NCBI GenBank assembly: GCA_965214485.1
Contig: CBDCBW010000009.1
Span: 82,414-146,413 of the forward strand
Direction of reading: 5' to 3'
Length of the DNA stretch: 64,000 bases
Origin: Rhodothermales bacterium
GTDB taxonomy: Bacteria > Bacteroidota > Rhodothermia > Rhodothermales > JANQRZ01
The translations under genes and the position numbers were made by a program. The notes under the pieces are model-generated. The model did no database searches, was not told the origin of the DNA, and was given only the letters and a program-made list of their open reading frames with translations. Position 1 is the stretch's first letter, and the number at the start of each line of letters is the position of its first letter. Below are positions 37,701 through 47,031 of this stretch, in pieces.

Positions 37701-40385
37701 CTAGCGGGCGAGGGTAATCCGCTTGGTCTGGACCACGTTGCCTGCTGTGAGTCGGATGAGGTACACCCCGCTCGGCAGGGTCGCGCCATCAAGCGCCGCC
37801 TCGTGCCGCCCAGCCTCCACCTCGCCGTCGACCAAGCGTGCGACCTCGCGCCCGAGCACATCGTACACCGACAGGGTCACCCGCTGCGACGAGGGCAGCG
37901 CGAAGCCGACGGTAGCACTGCGGCTGAACGGGTTCGGATACGCTCCGGCCAGCGTCGCCTCGGTCGGCAGCGCCTCGCTCGATGCCGCTTCGATGTCTCC
38001 AGTCTCCGTGCTGGCCGCGACCCCCATCGGCTCCGGCAGCCAGTCGCTCACCTCCACCGCCGACCACACCTCTCCGCCGTCCGCCGACCGCGCAGGGGTC
38101 ACCGTCACCACGAAGCAATCCTCACCCACCACCGTGTTCGGGGACGGCCCAGTCCGCAGGCAGAAGTCGTAGTTCGATACCGGTGCGTTCTTCGGCACGT
38201 TCTGGGTGTAGTTGATGGTCACCTGGTGCCTCGCCGGCAGCGTCCCCGTCGTGATCACCCCTTCGGCCAGCGTTGGGCCGTTCTGGAGCGCTGCCGAGAA
38301 CCACGACTGCCCCGTCGCCGGGCTGCTCGTCTCGTTGGCGACGGTGTAGGAGAGCGAGACCTGTCCGCCGCGCGGCACGGTCAGCGGACTCGTCGGAGTG
38401 ATCGTGAGGGCGAGCGGGGTGCTCGTGTCCTCGACCTGGACGGCGAGGCTGAACTCGCTCGTGGCGCGGTAGCCCTGCGGCAGCGAACCGACGACCTTTG
38501 TCGCGTTCGCCGTCACCCAGCTTCCGGCGGGATAAGCCTCCGGCTCCAGCGTGAGCCTGCCCGAGGCCTCGCCTGAGCCATTCGCCGTCACCGTGGCTAG
38601 CTCGGTCGGCGTCGGGCATTCGCCGAAGCGGGAGGGATCGGGATCGTCTGTGCGGCAGAAGAGCAGTTCGTAATCCGAGCCGGCCTCGGCGTCGAGTGTC
38701 CAGGTGACGACCGAGTTCGAGCCGTCGTTGGTGGCACGCGTGATGACGGGGAAGTTCTGGAGGCCGTCGCCGGGGTCGTTCGGGCCGTCCGGCGCCAAGT
38801 CGACGCCGAGTTCGCCGTTGTCGGCGATGATGTTGCCGACAATCGAGATGTCCTGGCACGCCTCGCTGACGAAGATGCCGTCGCCGTCGTTGAAGCGGAT
38901 CGTGTTGGGCTGCCCGTTCTGCCCGATGCGGACGCGGGAAGCCCACTCGCAGAAGATGCCCGCCCGCCCGTTGCCGAGGTCGGCTCCTGCGGCGTTGGTG
39001 CCGATGAAGTTGTTCTCGATGATGTGGCCCGAGGTGCTGCCGCCCATAAAGATGCCGTCATCGGTGTTGCTAAAGTCATCGGTGTTGCTAAAGATCGTGT
39101 TGCCCCGGATGCGGATGTCGAATGTGAGCCTCCCTCGAACCACAATCCCCGGGCCGCGGTTGTCCCCGACGAAGTTGCCCTGCCCGTCCCTCAGCCCCCC
39201 GATATCGATGTCGGTCGAAGGGACGATGTCCATGTTGGGCCGAGGGTCGATAAAGGGCTCGATAAGAATGCCCGCTCCTGTATTGCCCATGCTGTCGGGG
39301 ACGACGCCGCGGTCCTTGGCCAGCCCGATCGTGTTGTTCGTTATTTCGAGCCCCTCGCCTCCACGCACGATGATGCCTCCGCCTCCGGAGTGTTTGCGTC
39401 CGTTGGCCGAGACGACGTTATTCATGATGACGACATTATCATTTTTACTCGAAGCTATTCCATCTCGACCGTTTCCGAGAGGACTATTGCCGTCGGCATT
39501 GGTCCCGATGAGGTTCCGCGAGATCGTCGTGAGAATCCCGTCTTCGTCTTCGTTCCGATTAACTTGGACTCCGACGTACTCATTTCCGGAGATGAGGTTG
39601 TTCCGGACCTCACCTTTGATAAGCACGCCCCTGGATCCATTCCCCATGGCCACCTCCCCGGTGAAGTCGGTCCCGATGTAGTTGCACTCCACTAGCCTGA
39701 TCCCGGTGCCTGGAACGCGCGCGGCGCTTTGACCGATTTCCATGCCCTTGTCGGGGAAGCGCTGGATCACGAGGCCCCGCACGATAAGGTTCTCGTTAAG
39801 GCTCTCGCTTTCGGGGGAGACCGTGTCGAGGCCATCGACACCAGGGATACCACGGAGGCGTATTCCGTCGAGGACGACGCGGAGGTCGTGCTTCTTCCCG
39901 CCGATGAGGTCGCGGCACCGTGCGCCCGGCTGCGTCAGCCCGTCGATCACCAGGTCCGGCACCGTAATCGTCGGCAGCGGCCCGAGTCTACCGGCGTCCG
40001 GGTGGTTCGGCTGGATCCGCCACACCCCCCGCTCGATCTGCGCGCCATCGGGGCCGGACCCAATGTTGAACACAATGGCGATCGAATCAGCGTTCGATTT
40101 GTTCGCCTCGTCGATGGCTGCACGGAGCGTGCATTCGGGTGCGTTGACGCCGTCCACGACGACCATGAAGCCCGTGGAGCACTGGTCATTGCCCCTCCTT
40201 TCGTCGGGCCGGTCGTGGGCACTGTTGACAGTGAGGACGAGCCTGCCGTTGCGGTAGACCGGCTCGGTGGGCGCGGTGCGGCTGGCCGCTAGGCGGTCGG
40301 CGGAGCCGCGCTGCTGGGCGAGCGTCGTGGGTGCAGCCAGCGAGGCCGCGAGGCTGAGGAGGAGCAGAGCGTGGAGTCGACGCAT
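37701..40385 (-). CDS. Right-handed beta-helix repeat protein (CSLREA-motif type) with T9SS CTD
   Basis: From ATG 40385 (MRRLHALLLLSLAASLAAPTTLAQQ). CTLRAAIDEANKS motif, many NxxxGxxxxG beta-helix repeats. C-terminal YPNPFSRSATVGF...GVYLIRLTAGNVVQTKRITLAR. Confidence 0.85.
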   Translation of the reverse strand: MRRLHALLLLSLAASLAAPTTLAQQRGSADRLAASRTAPTEPVYRNGRLVLTVNSAHDRPDERRGNDQCSTGFMVVVDGVNAPECTLRAAIDEANKSNADSIAIVFNIGSGPDGAQIERGVWRIQPNHPDAGRLGPLPTITVPDLVIDGLTQPGARCRDLIGGKKHDLRVVLDGIRLRGIPGVDGLDTVSPESESLNENLIVRGLVIQRFPDKGMEIGQSAARVPGTGIRLVECNYIGTDFTGEVAMGNGSRGVLIKGEVRNNLISGNEYVGVQVNRNEDEDGILTTISRNLIGTNADGNSPLGNGRDGIASSKNDNVVIMNNVVSANGRKHSGGGGIIVRGGEGLEITNNTIGLAKDRGVVPDSMGNTGAGILIEPFIDPRPNMDIVPSTDIDIGGLRDGQGNFVGDNRGPGIVVRGRLTFDIRIRGNTIFSNTDDFSNTDDGIFMGGSTSGHIIENNFIGTNAAGADLGNGRAGIFCEWASRVRIGQNGQPNTIRFNDGDGIFVSEACQDISIVGNIIADNGELGVDLAPDGPNDPGDGLQNFPVITRATNDGSNSVVTWTLDAEAGSDYELLFCRTDDPDPSRFGECPTPTELATVTANGSGEASGRLTLEPEAYPAGSWVTANATKVVGSLPQGYRATSEFSLAVQVEDTSTPLALTITPTSPLTVPRGGQVSLSYTVANETSSPATGQSWFSAALQNGPTLAEGVITTGTLPARHQVTINYTQNVPKNAPVSNYDFCLRTGPSPNTVVGEDCFVVTVTPARSADGGEVWSAVEVSDWLPEPMGVAASTETGDIEAASSEALPTEATLAGAYPNPFSRSATVGFALPSSQRVTLSVYDVLGREVARLVDGEVEAGRHEAALDGATLPSGVYLIRLTAGNVVQTKRITLAR

Positions 40386-40604
40386 GACGAAGGGGGTGGG
40401 GTGAAGAGAAACCGAGGAGCCCGAGCGTCCGGCCCGAGCAGGACACTGCAACATAATGCCTGGAGGTTTGTCTAGTTACTTTTTTATGCACTTCCAACTC
40501 AAGCCTGTGGAGGCTCTGGCTTCCGGTGTGCTGCGTCGGTTGTCCGAAACCCTCCGCCGACCGCGTCGGTTAGCCCGGTCCCTTCTCGTCCAACTCCACC
40601 CGCC

Positions 40605-41345
40605 ATGCCTCAGCTCGAAGATCAGGTCGTCGTCGTCACCGGGGCCTCCTCCGGCATCGGCGAGGCCACGGCCCGCCTCCTCGCCCGCGAGGGGGCCGCC
40701 GTCGCGCTCGCCGCCCGCCGCACCGACCGGCTCGAAGCGCTCAAAGCGGAGATCGAGTCGGACGGCGGGCGGGCGCTCGTCGTCGAGACCGACGTGACCG
40801 ACCGCGCCGCGTGCCACCGCCTCATCGACGCCACGCTCGGCACGTTCGGGCGGCTCGACGTGCTGGTCAACAACGCGGGCGTGATGCCGCTCTCGTTCGT
40901 CAAGAATGTCCGCGTCGAGGAGTGGGAGCAGATGGTCAGCGTGAACCTCAACGGGGTGCTCTACTGCACCGCCGCCGCGCTGCCGCACTTCACCGAGCAG
41001 CGCGCCGGGCACCTCGTCAACGTCTCGTCGGTGGCGGGCCGGCGGGTGTTCACCGGCGGGGCGGTCTACTGCGCGACGAAGCACGCCGTCACCGCCTTCT
41101 CCGAAGGGCTGCGGATGGAGCTCGGCCCGGCCTTCGGCATCCGCGTCACCTGCGTCGAGCCCGGCGCGGTGGCGACCGAGCTCCCGCAGGCCATCGCCGA
41201 CGAGGAGTTCCTCGAGAAGACGCGCTTCGACCTCACCCCGCTCGAGAGCGAGGACGTCGCCGAGGCGATCCGCTACGCGCTCACCGCCCCGCCGCGCGCG
41301 ACCGTCCACGAAATCCTCGTCATGCCGACCGAGCAGAAGGTGTAG
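40605..41345 (+). CDS. Short-chain dehydrogenase/reductase (SDR)
   Basis: VVTGASSGIGEA (TGxxxGxG), NNAG, YCATKHAV (YxxxK). Confidence 0.9.
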   Translation: MPQLEDQVVVVTGASSGIGEATARLLAREGAAVALAARRTDRLEALKAEIESDGGRALVVETDVTDRAACHRLIDATLGTFGRLDVLVNNAGVMPLSFVKNVRVEEWEQMVSVNLNGVLYCTAAALPHFTEQRAGHLVNVSSVAGRRVFTGGAVYCATKHAVTAFSEGLRMELGPAFGIRVTCVEPGAVATELPQAIADEEFLEKTRFDLTPLESEDVAEAIRYALTAPPRATVHEILVMPTEQKV

Positions 41346-41393
41346 CACCGGGGCAGCCCCGGCGCGCGCTCGGGCGCGGGCCGGCCTCTCGCT

Positions 41394-42668
41394 TTACCAT
41401 CCCGTGCGGATCGGCGCGGTCGGTCGGTCCGGCTCCGGGGGGGCGACCGGGCGCACGGGGATCGGGTCGAGCGGGGCGGTCCGGTCGTCGGGCGGGGCTT
41501 GGGCGTAGAGCGGGGTGCCCGGCGCGGTGCGGCGGGTGACGCGGGTGTCGGCGAAGTAGAACGCGAGGATGTCGCGGTAGCCGTAGCCCTGGCGCGCCTG
41601 CTCGCGCGCGCCGTACTGGCTCATCCCGACGCCGTGCCCGAAGCCGCGCCCCTCGAACACGTAGCGGTCCCCCTCGCGCCGCGCCGAGAAGAAGGCGCTC
41701 CGCAGCAGCCGCGCCCCGAACGCGCCGTTGATCGCGAGGCGGAAGTCGTTGGCCGGGACGACGCGCGGGCGCGGCCCGAGGAGGCGCACCGAGCGGGCCC
41801 GCCCCTCGCGGCTGCGCTCGGCGATCTCGATGCCGGTGACGGCCATCCCGTAGCGCTCCGCGAGGGCGCGGAGCAGGCGGCTCCGGCCCACGCCCGTCGT
41901 CCACTCGTGGTCGGGCGAGGCGTGGTCGAAGGGGTCCTCCCGGCCCCGGAGGTAGGGCAGCGGGCTCCCGCTCCAGACGGCGTCGTTGTCGGCGGTGTGG
42001 CCGCCGGAGGAGGACGAGTAGACGGCCTCGACGAGACTGCCGCGCCACGTCAGCACCTCGCCGCGCGTGGCCTCGGCGGCGCGGCGCGCGGTCGGGGTCT
42101 CCGTCCCGATCCCCCGGTAGACCTGCGAGCCCACGTGGTCCACCACGTCGTAGCTCCCGTGCCTCCCCTTCGCCTTGAGCGCGTAGGTCCGGGCGAGGAC
42201 GGCCTGCGCCTTGACGCCCTCGATCTCGCCGAACGGGTACTCCGACGCGACGACGCTCGCCACGTAGTCTTCGAGCCGCACCGCGTTGACGAGCCGGAGG
42301 GCCCCCGCGTCGGCGGTGAGCGTGAGGGCCCCGTGGTAGGCGCGGTCCACGGAGGCGGCGCGGAGGCGGAGATGCGCGCCCCGGTGCGGCACGAACCGGA
42401 CCCTCGCGGCGGCTTCCACCGCGCCGGGGAAGCGGACGGCGACGCGGCCTCGGTCGGGCTCCACCGCGGCCGCGTCGCCGGGCCGAAGCGTGCCGAGGAG
42501 GGCCTCGCCGACCCGGACCTGCACCGGCCCGCCGGCAGCCTCGACGGTCGCCGAGCGCGGAGCCTTGCCTTCGAGCAGGCGCACGCGCACGACCTCGTCC
42601 ATCGGCTGGGCTGGGGCGGCCCCGGCGAGCGCGAGGCCGAGCAGCAGGAGGGCGAGGGGACGAGGCAT
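41394..42668 (-). CDS. SpoIID/LytB domain protein
   Basis: From ATG 42668 (MPRPLALLLLGLALAGAAPAQ). LEDYVASVVASEYP, AQAVLARTYAL and VYSSSSGGHTADN motifs. Confidence 0.85.
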   Translation of the reverse strand: MPRPLALLLLGLALAGAAPAQPMDEVVRVRLLEGKAPRSATVEAAGGPVQVRVGEALLGTLRPGDAAAVEPDRGRVAVRFPGAVEAAARVRFVPHRGAHLRLRAASVDRAYHGALTLTADAGALRLVNAVRLEDYVASVVASEYPFGEIEGVKAQAVLARTYALKAKGRHGSYDVVDHVGSQVYRGIGTETPTARRAAEATRGEVLTWRGSLVEAVYSSSSGGHTADNDAVWSGSPLPYLRGREDPFDHASPDHEWTTGVGRSRLLRALAERYGMAVTGIEIAERSREGRARSVRLLGPRPRVVPANDFRLAINGAFGARLLRSAFFSARREGDRYVFEGRGFGHGVGMSQYGAREQARQGYGYRDILAFYFADTRVTRRTAPGTPLYAQAPPDDRTAPLDPIPVRPVAPPEPDRPTAPIRTGW

Positions 42669-42865
42669 GGGCGCGGGGTGAAAGCCGAAAGCTACGGCGC
42701 AAGCAGACCGGGAGTGCAGGCACCCGAGTCCCCTCGCACCTAGTGCGTTGACAGGTTGCCCGTGCGCGGACCCCCTGTCCGTCGGCTGCTCGGAGCGCAG
42801 CGAGGGCAGCGGAAGCGGGGGGTCGCCTGCGAGCAAGCCGTCATGACGGTAAACCCAAGACGCTC

Positions 42866-42932
42866 GCGCGGTGCCCGTTCGCGCGGTGGCCGTTCGCGCG
42901 GTGGCCGTTCGCGCGGTGGCCGTTCGCGCGGG
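42866..42932. repeat. 15-bp tandem repeat gcgcggtgSccgttc, about 4.5 copies
   Basis: Copies at 42866, 42881, 42896 and 42911, plus a partial copy at 42926. Intergenic, between divergent spoIID-like and batA-like genes. Confidence 0.9.
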
Positions 42933-43024
42933 AATCGCCACCGAGGGAAAACGAAGCGGGCGGGCTGAACCGTTGCCCCGGTGAGCCGTTCGGTCTCCTC
43001 TTCCAGCCTCGCCCGCTCTCCTGC

Positions 43025-45139
43025 ATGGCCTTTCTCAACCCGCTCGTCCTGCTCGGCCTCGCGGCGGCGGCGATCCCGATCCTGATCCACCTCTTCAACT
43101 TCCGCAAGCCGAAGCGGGTGGACTTCTCGTCGCTGGCGTTCCTGCACGAGCTGCAGAAGAGCACGATGCGGCGCGTCCGCATCCAGCAGTGGCTCCTGCT
43201 CGCGCTGCGCACGCTGGCGCTCGCCTGCCTCGTCCTGGCCTTCGCCCGGCCCACGGTGCAGAGCGGCTGGGCGACGGTCTTCGGCGGGCAGCCCACCTCC
43301 ACGGCGCTGGTCGTGGACCATTCGCTCTCGATGACGGTCCGCGACGCGCAGGGCGACCTGATGATGCAGGCGCAGGAGCTGGCCTCGGCGGTCGTCGAGG
43401 CGAGCAAGGCGGGGGACGAGGTGTTCGTCGTCGGGACGGCCGCGGGGCGGGCCGAGGCGTTCCGCAACCCCGGCCCCGCGCTCGACGCGGTGGCGGAGCT
43501 GGAGCCGGAGGCCGGGGCGAGCACCACCGGCAGCGCGGTCGGGCGGGCGTTCGCCCTGCTCGACGGGGCGGACAACCTGAACCGCGAGGTCCTCGTCCTC
43601 TCCGACCTCCAGGCCTCGACGTTCCTCGACTCGGCGCGCGTGCCCGCGCCGCCCGGGGTCCGGGTCACGCTGCTCCCCGTCGGCGAGCGGCGGCACTCGA
43701 ACGTGGCGGTGACCGACGCCCGCGTCGTCAGCCGGATCGTCGAGGCCGGGCAGCCGGCGCAGATCGAGGCCACGCTCGTCGCCTACGGGGAGGAGCCGCT
43801 CGACGGCTACACGGCGAGCCTCTACCTCGGCGGCGAGCGCGTCGCGCAGGCCACGGCCGACCTCGCCCCACGCGTCCCGGCGACGGTCACGTTCACCGCC
43901 ACGCCGCAGGCCCGCGGCTGGCTCCCCGGCGAGGTCCGCACCGAGGCCGACGCCTTCGAGTGGGACAACACGCGCCACCTTGTCCTCCACGTCCCCGAGA
44001 CGCGGCGCGTGCTCGTCGTCCGCGGCGAGGGGCAGCGGGCCGACCTCGTGGACCTCGCCCTGGGCCTGGGCGGCTCGTCCCGCTTCGCCGTGACGACGGT
44101 GCCCGAGACGGCGCTCGCCGCGCAGGCGCTCGGCGGCTTCGACGTGGTCGTGCTCGTCGGGCCGGAGAGCCTCGCGAGCGGCGAGCGGGCGGCGCTCGCG
44201 CGGTTCGTGCAGGCCGGCGGCGGCCTGGTGGTCTTCCCGAGCGAGCGGGCGGGCGCGCCGGACTATGACGCCCTCTTCGCCGCGCTCGGCGGCGGGCGGC
44301 TCGGCGAGGCGGTGGGGCGGCTCGGCGGGGCGCAGCCGGTCGCGCAGTTCGGGCGGGTTGATCTGGAGCACCCGCTCTTCGAAGGGGTCTTCGCCTCCGG
44401 ATCGGCGTCCGGCGCGGGCTCCTCCGGCCCGGCGCAGCTCGAAAGCCCCGCCATCGCCTTCGCCCGCCCGTACCGGCCCGGCGTGGGGGACGAGAACACG
44501 CTGATCGCCCTGTCGAGCGGCGGGCCGTTCCTGCAGGAGGTGCGGAGCGGGCAGGGCACGGCGTTCGTCTTCGCCGTCGCGCCGGACCCGCGCTGGAGCG
44601 ATTTCCCCGTGCGCGGCCTGTTCGTCCCGCTCCTCTACCGCGCCGTGTACTACCTCGCCGCCGACGCGGACACGGGCGAGGCCCTGACGGTCCGGCAGCC
44701 CGCGCCGCTGCGGGTCTCGGGCGGCACCGAAGGGCTGCGCCTCGAAGGGCCGGACGGGACCGAGCTCGTGCCCGAGCAGCGGAGCGTCCCCGGCGGCGTC
44801 CTCCTCGAGATCGACGACACGGTGCGCGAGCCCGGGGTCTACGACGTGATGCAAGGCGAGCGGCTCGTCCGCCGCGTGGCCTTCAACCCCGACGCGCGCG
44901 AGTCCGACCTCGCCACGCTCGCCCCCGAGGAGGCGCGCCGCCGCCTCGCCGCGGCGACGGGGGCCGAGGTCCGGCTCCTCGACGCCACCGCCGGGCAGGG
45001 CCTCGCCGCTGCCGAGCGGATCGCCGAGGGGCGGACGGGGGTCGAGCTCTGGAACGTGTTCCTGTTTCTGGCGCTGCTGTTCCTCCTGGCCGAGATGCTC
45101 GTCGCGATGCAGTGGAAGCCCGAGCCGGTGGCGGCGTAG
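43025..45139 (+). CDS. BatA-N (double-TM N-terminal) domain protein, 704 aa
   Basis: MAFLNPLVLLGLAAAAIPILIHLFNFRKPKRVDFSSLAFL...WLLLALRTLALACLVLAFARP is the aerotolerance-regulator N-terminal signature. C-terminal TM present. Confidence 0.8.
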   Translation: MAFLNPLVLLGLAAAAIPILIHLFNFRKPKRVDFSSLAFLHELQKSTMRRVRIQQWLLLALRTLALACLVLAFARPTVQSGWATVFGGQPTSTALVVDHSLSMTVRDAQGDLMMQAQELASAVVEASKAGDEVFVVGTAAGRAEAFRNPGPALDAVAELEPEAGASTTGSAVGRAFALLDGADNLNREVLVLSDLQASTFLDSARVPAPPGVRVTLLPVGERRHSNVAVTDARVVSRIVEAGQPAQIEATLVAYGEEPLDGYTASLYLGGERVAQATADLAPRVPATVTFTATPQARGWLPGEVRTEADAFEWDNTRHLVLHVPETRRVLVVRGEGQRADLVDLALGLGGSSRFAVTTVPETALAAQALGGFDVVVLVGPESLASGERAALARFVQAGGGLVVFPSERAGAPDYDALFAALGGGRLGEAVGRLGGAQPVAQFGRVDLEHPLFEGVFASGSASGAGSSGPAQLESPAIAFARPYRPGVGDENTLIALSSGGPFLQEVRSGQGTAFVFAVAPDPRWSDFPVRGLFVPLLYRAVYYLAADADTGEALTVRQPAPLRVSGGTEGLRLEGPDGTELVPEQRSVPGGVLLEIDDTVREPGVYDVMQGERLVRRVAFNPDARESDLATLAPEEARRRLAAATGAEVRLLDATAGQGLAAAERIAEGRTGVELWNVFLFLALLFLLAEMLVAMQWKPEPVAA

Positions 45140-45348
45140 GGGCCGACCCGCGTGGCCGCCCTCCCGAGGTGCAGCACCATTCTGAAACCGGGCGAACACG
45201 CGGGTGCGCCCCTACGTCCGTTTTGCAGGCCCCGGCACGGTTCTGGAAGCGGTGCCTGTAAAGAAACCGCCACGCCTGCAACCGGCATACGCGCCGCACA
45301 TACAACCTCCGCCGCTGCCCGGCGTATCCTGTCCCCGAACCCAGCCCC

Positions 45349-46725
45349 TTGCCTTTGTCTCTCACTACGCCCCCTCGGAACCCCCGCACCCGCGAGCGCG
45401 CCCTTCTCGTCGGCGTCCTCACGCCCGACACCACGCAGGCCGAGCTCGACGACGCGCTCGACGAGCTCGAGCAGCTCGCCGACACCGCCGGGGCGACCGT
45501 CACCGACCGCGTGACGCAGGCGCTCCCGCAGATCCACGGGGCCACGTTCATCGGCAAGGGCAAGGTCGAGGAGGTCAAGCGGCTCGTCGAGAAGCGCAAG
45601 GCCGACGTGGTCATCTTCGACGACGACCTCTCGCCGATCCAGCTTCGCAACCTCGAAAAGGCCCTCGGCTGCAAGCTCGTGGACCGCTCCGGGCTGATCC
45701 TCGACATCTTCGCCCGCCGCGCCAAGACCGCCACCGCGAAGACCCAGGTCGAGCTCGCCCAGCTCGACTACCTCAAGACCCGGCTGACGCGGCAGTGGAC
45801 CCACCTCTCGCGCCAGAAGGGCGGCATCGGGATGCGCGGGCCCGGCGAGACGCAGATCGAGACCGACCGCCGCCTCATCGGCCGCCGCATGGCGGTGCTC
45901 TCCGAGCAGCTCGACAAGATCGACCGGCAGCGGCAGACCCAGCGCAAGGGGCGCGGCGACCAGACGCGCGTCGCGCTCGTCGGCTACACGAACGCCGGCA
46001 AGAGCACGCTGATGAACGCGCTCTCCGACGCCGAGGTCTTCGCCGAGGACCGCCTCTTCGCCACGCTCGACGCGACGACCCGGCAGGTCTACCTCGACAC
46101 CAACAAGCCCGTCCTCCTCTCCGACACCGTCGGGTTCATCCGCAAGCTCCCGCACAAGCTCATCGAGAGCTTCAAGAGCACCCTCGACGAGACGCGCGAG
46201 TCCGACGTCCTCCTCCACGTCGTCGACGCGAGCCACCCGAACTTCGAGGAGCACATCCGCGTCGTCAACCACACCCTCAAGGAGCTCGGCGCGCGCGAGA
46301 AGCCGACGCTGATGGTCTTCAACAAGATGGACGTGCTCGAGGAGCGCGGCCTGATCCCCGCGCTGCGCGACGAGCACGAGCACGCGGTCTTCGTCTCGGC
46401 CCTGCGCGGAATCGGCCTCGACCGGCTCAAGGAAGCCCTGCTCGGCGTGATCGAGTCGGACTACGTCGAGCGGACGGCGCTCGTCCCGGTGACCGAGCCG
46501 AAGAGCCGGGCCTACGTCCACCGCGTCGCCGAGGTCCTCGAAGAGGAGACCGTGCTGGCGCAGGAGTACGGAGACGCGCCGCAGCCCGCGCTCCGCCTCC
46601 GCTTCCGCACCTCCAGGAAAAACGCCCCCGAGCTCGACCGGATGCTCGCCCGCTTCGAGCAGTTCACCCTCGCGCCGGGCGGCGACGGTGCCCTCGGCGG
46701 CAATGCCGGGATCCTCCCGGAATAG
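45349..46725 (+). CDS. hflX: GTPase HflX
   Basis: GKGKVEEV, LDYLKTRLTRQW, G1 GYTNAGKSTLMNAL, DTVGFIRKLPHKLIESFKSTL, NKMD. The ORF starts at a TTG, so the start is uncertain. Confidence 0.9.
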   Translation: MPLSLTTPPRNPRTRERALLVGVLTPDTTQAELDDALDELEQLADTAGATVTDRVTQALPQIHGATFIGKGKVEEVKRLVEKRKADVVIFDDDLSPIQLRNLEKALGCKLVDRSGLILDIFARRAKTATAKTQVELAQLDYLKTRLTRQWTHLSRQKGGIGMRGPGETQIETDRRLIGRRMAVLSEQLDKIDRQRQTQRKGRGDQTRVALVGYTNAGKSTLMNALSDAEVFAEDRLFATLDATTRQVYLDTNKPVLLSDTVGFIRKLPHKLIESFKSTLDETRESDVLLHVVDASHPNFEEHIRVVNHTLKELGAREKPTLMVFNKMDVLEERGLIPALRDEHEHAVFVSALRGIGLDRLKEALLGVIESDYVERTALVPVTEPKSRAYVHRVAEVLEEETVLAQEYGDAPQPALRLRFRTSRKNAPELDRMLARFEQFTLAPGGDGALGGNAGILPE

Positions 46726-46999
46726 CCGACGCCCGCTCCGGCGGCTTCGGCGGTCCGCCGGCCCCGCTGTTCTTGGTAGCGAGTCCTTGTAGAGAGAAGC
46801 CCGCGTAGGGAGAAGCCTACCGGCCTGTGACCTTTCGCCCGCAGCGGGTCACGTTTCGAGGCTGGATTCCGGCGGCTCGGCGGGAAGGCCCTCGTCACCC
46901 CAACCGGGGTCCCGTAATTTTCCGTAGGCCGTGCTCCACACGCTGCCCGACTCGCGCCCCGTGTGAAGGGAGGGTGGCACAGGGTTTGTGTTTCTTGGA

Positions 47000-47018
47000 A
47001 ACGGTGCCCGGCACCGTT
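47000..47018. promoter_or_regulatory. Perfect 9-1-9 palindrome AACGGTGCC-C-GGCACCGTT, 14 nt upstream of the CBS gene ATG
   Basis: Read directly. Could be an operator or an mRNA hairpin occluding the start region. Confidence 0.4.
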
Positions 47019-47031
47019 ATCCTCTGCCGCT

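Noticed and set aside
46726-47031. Possible small RNA gene (SRP/6S-like) in the 306-nt hflX-CBS spacer
   Set aside because: It contains several short hairpins and a gtagRgagaagcc direct repeat, but I could recognise no conserved ncRNA motif. Evidence is insufficient to call an RNA gene.
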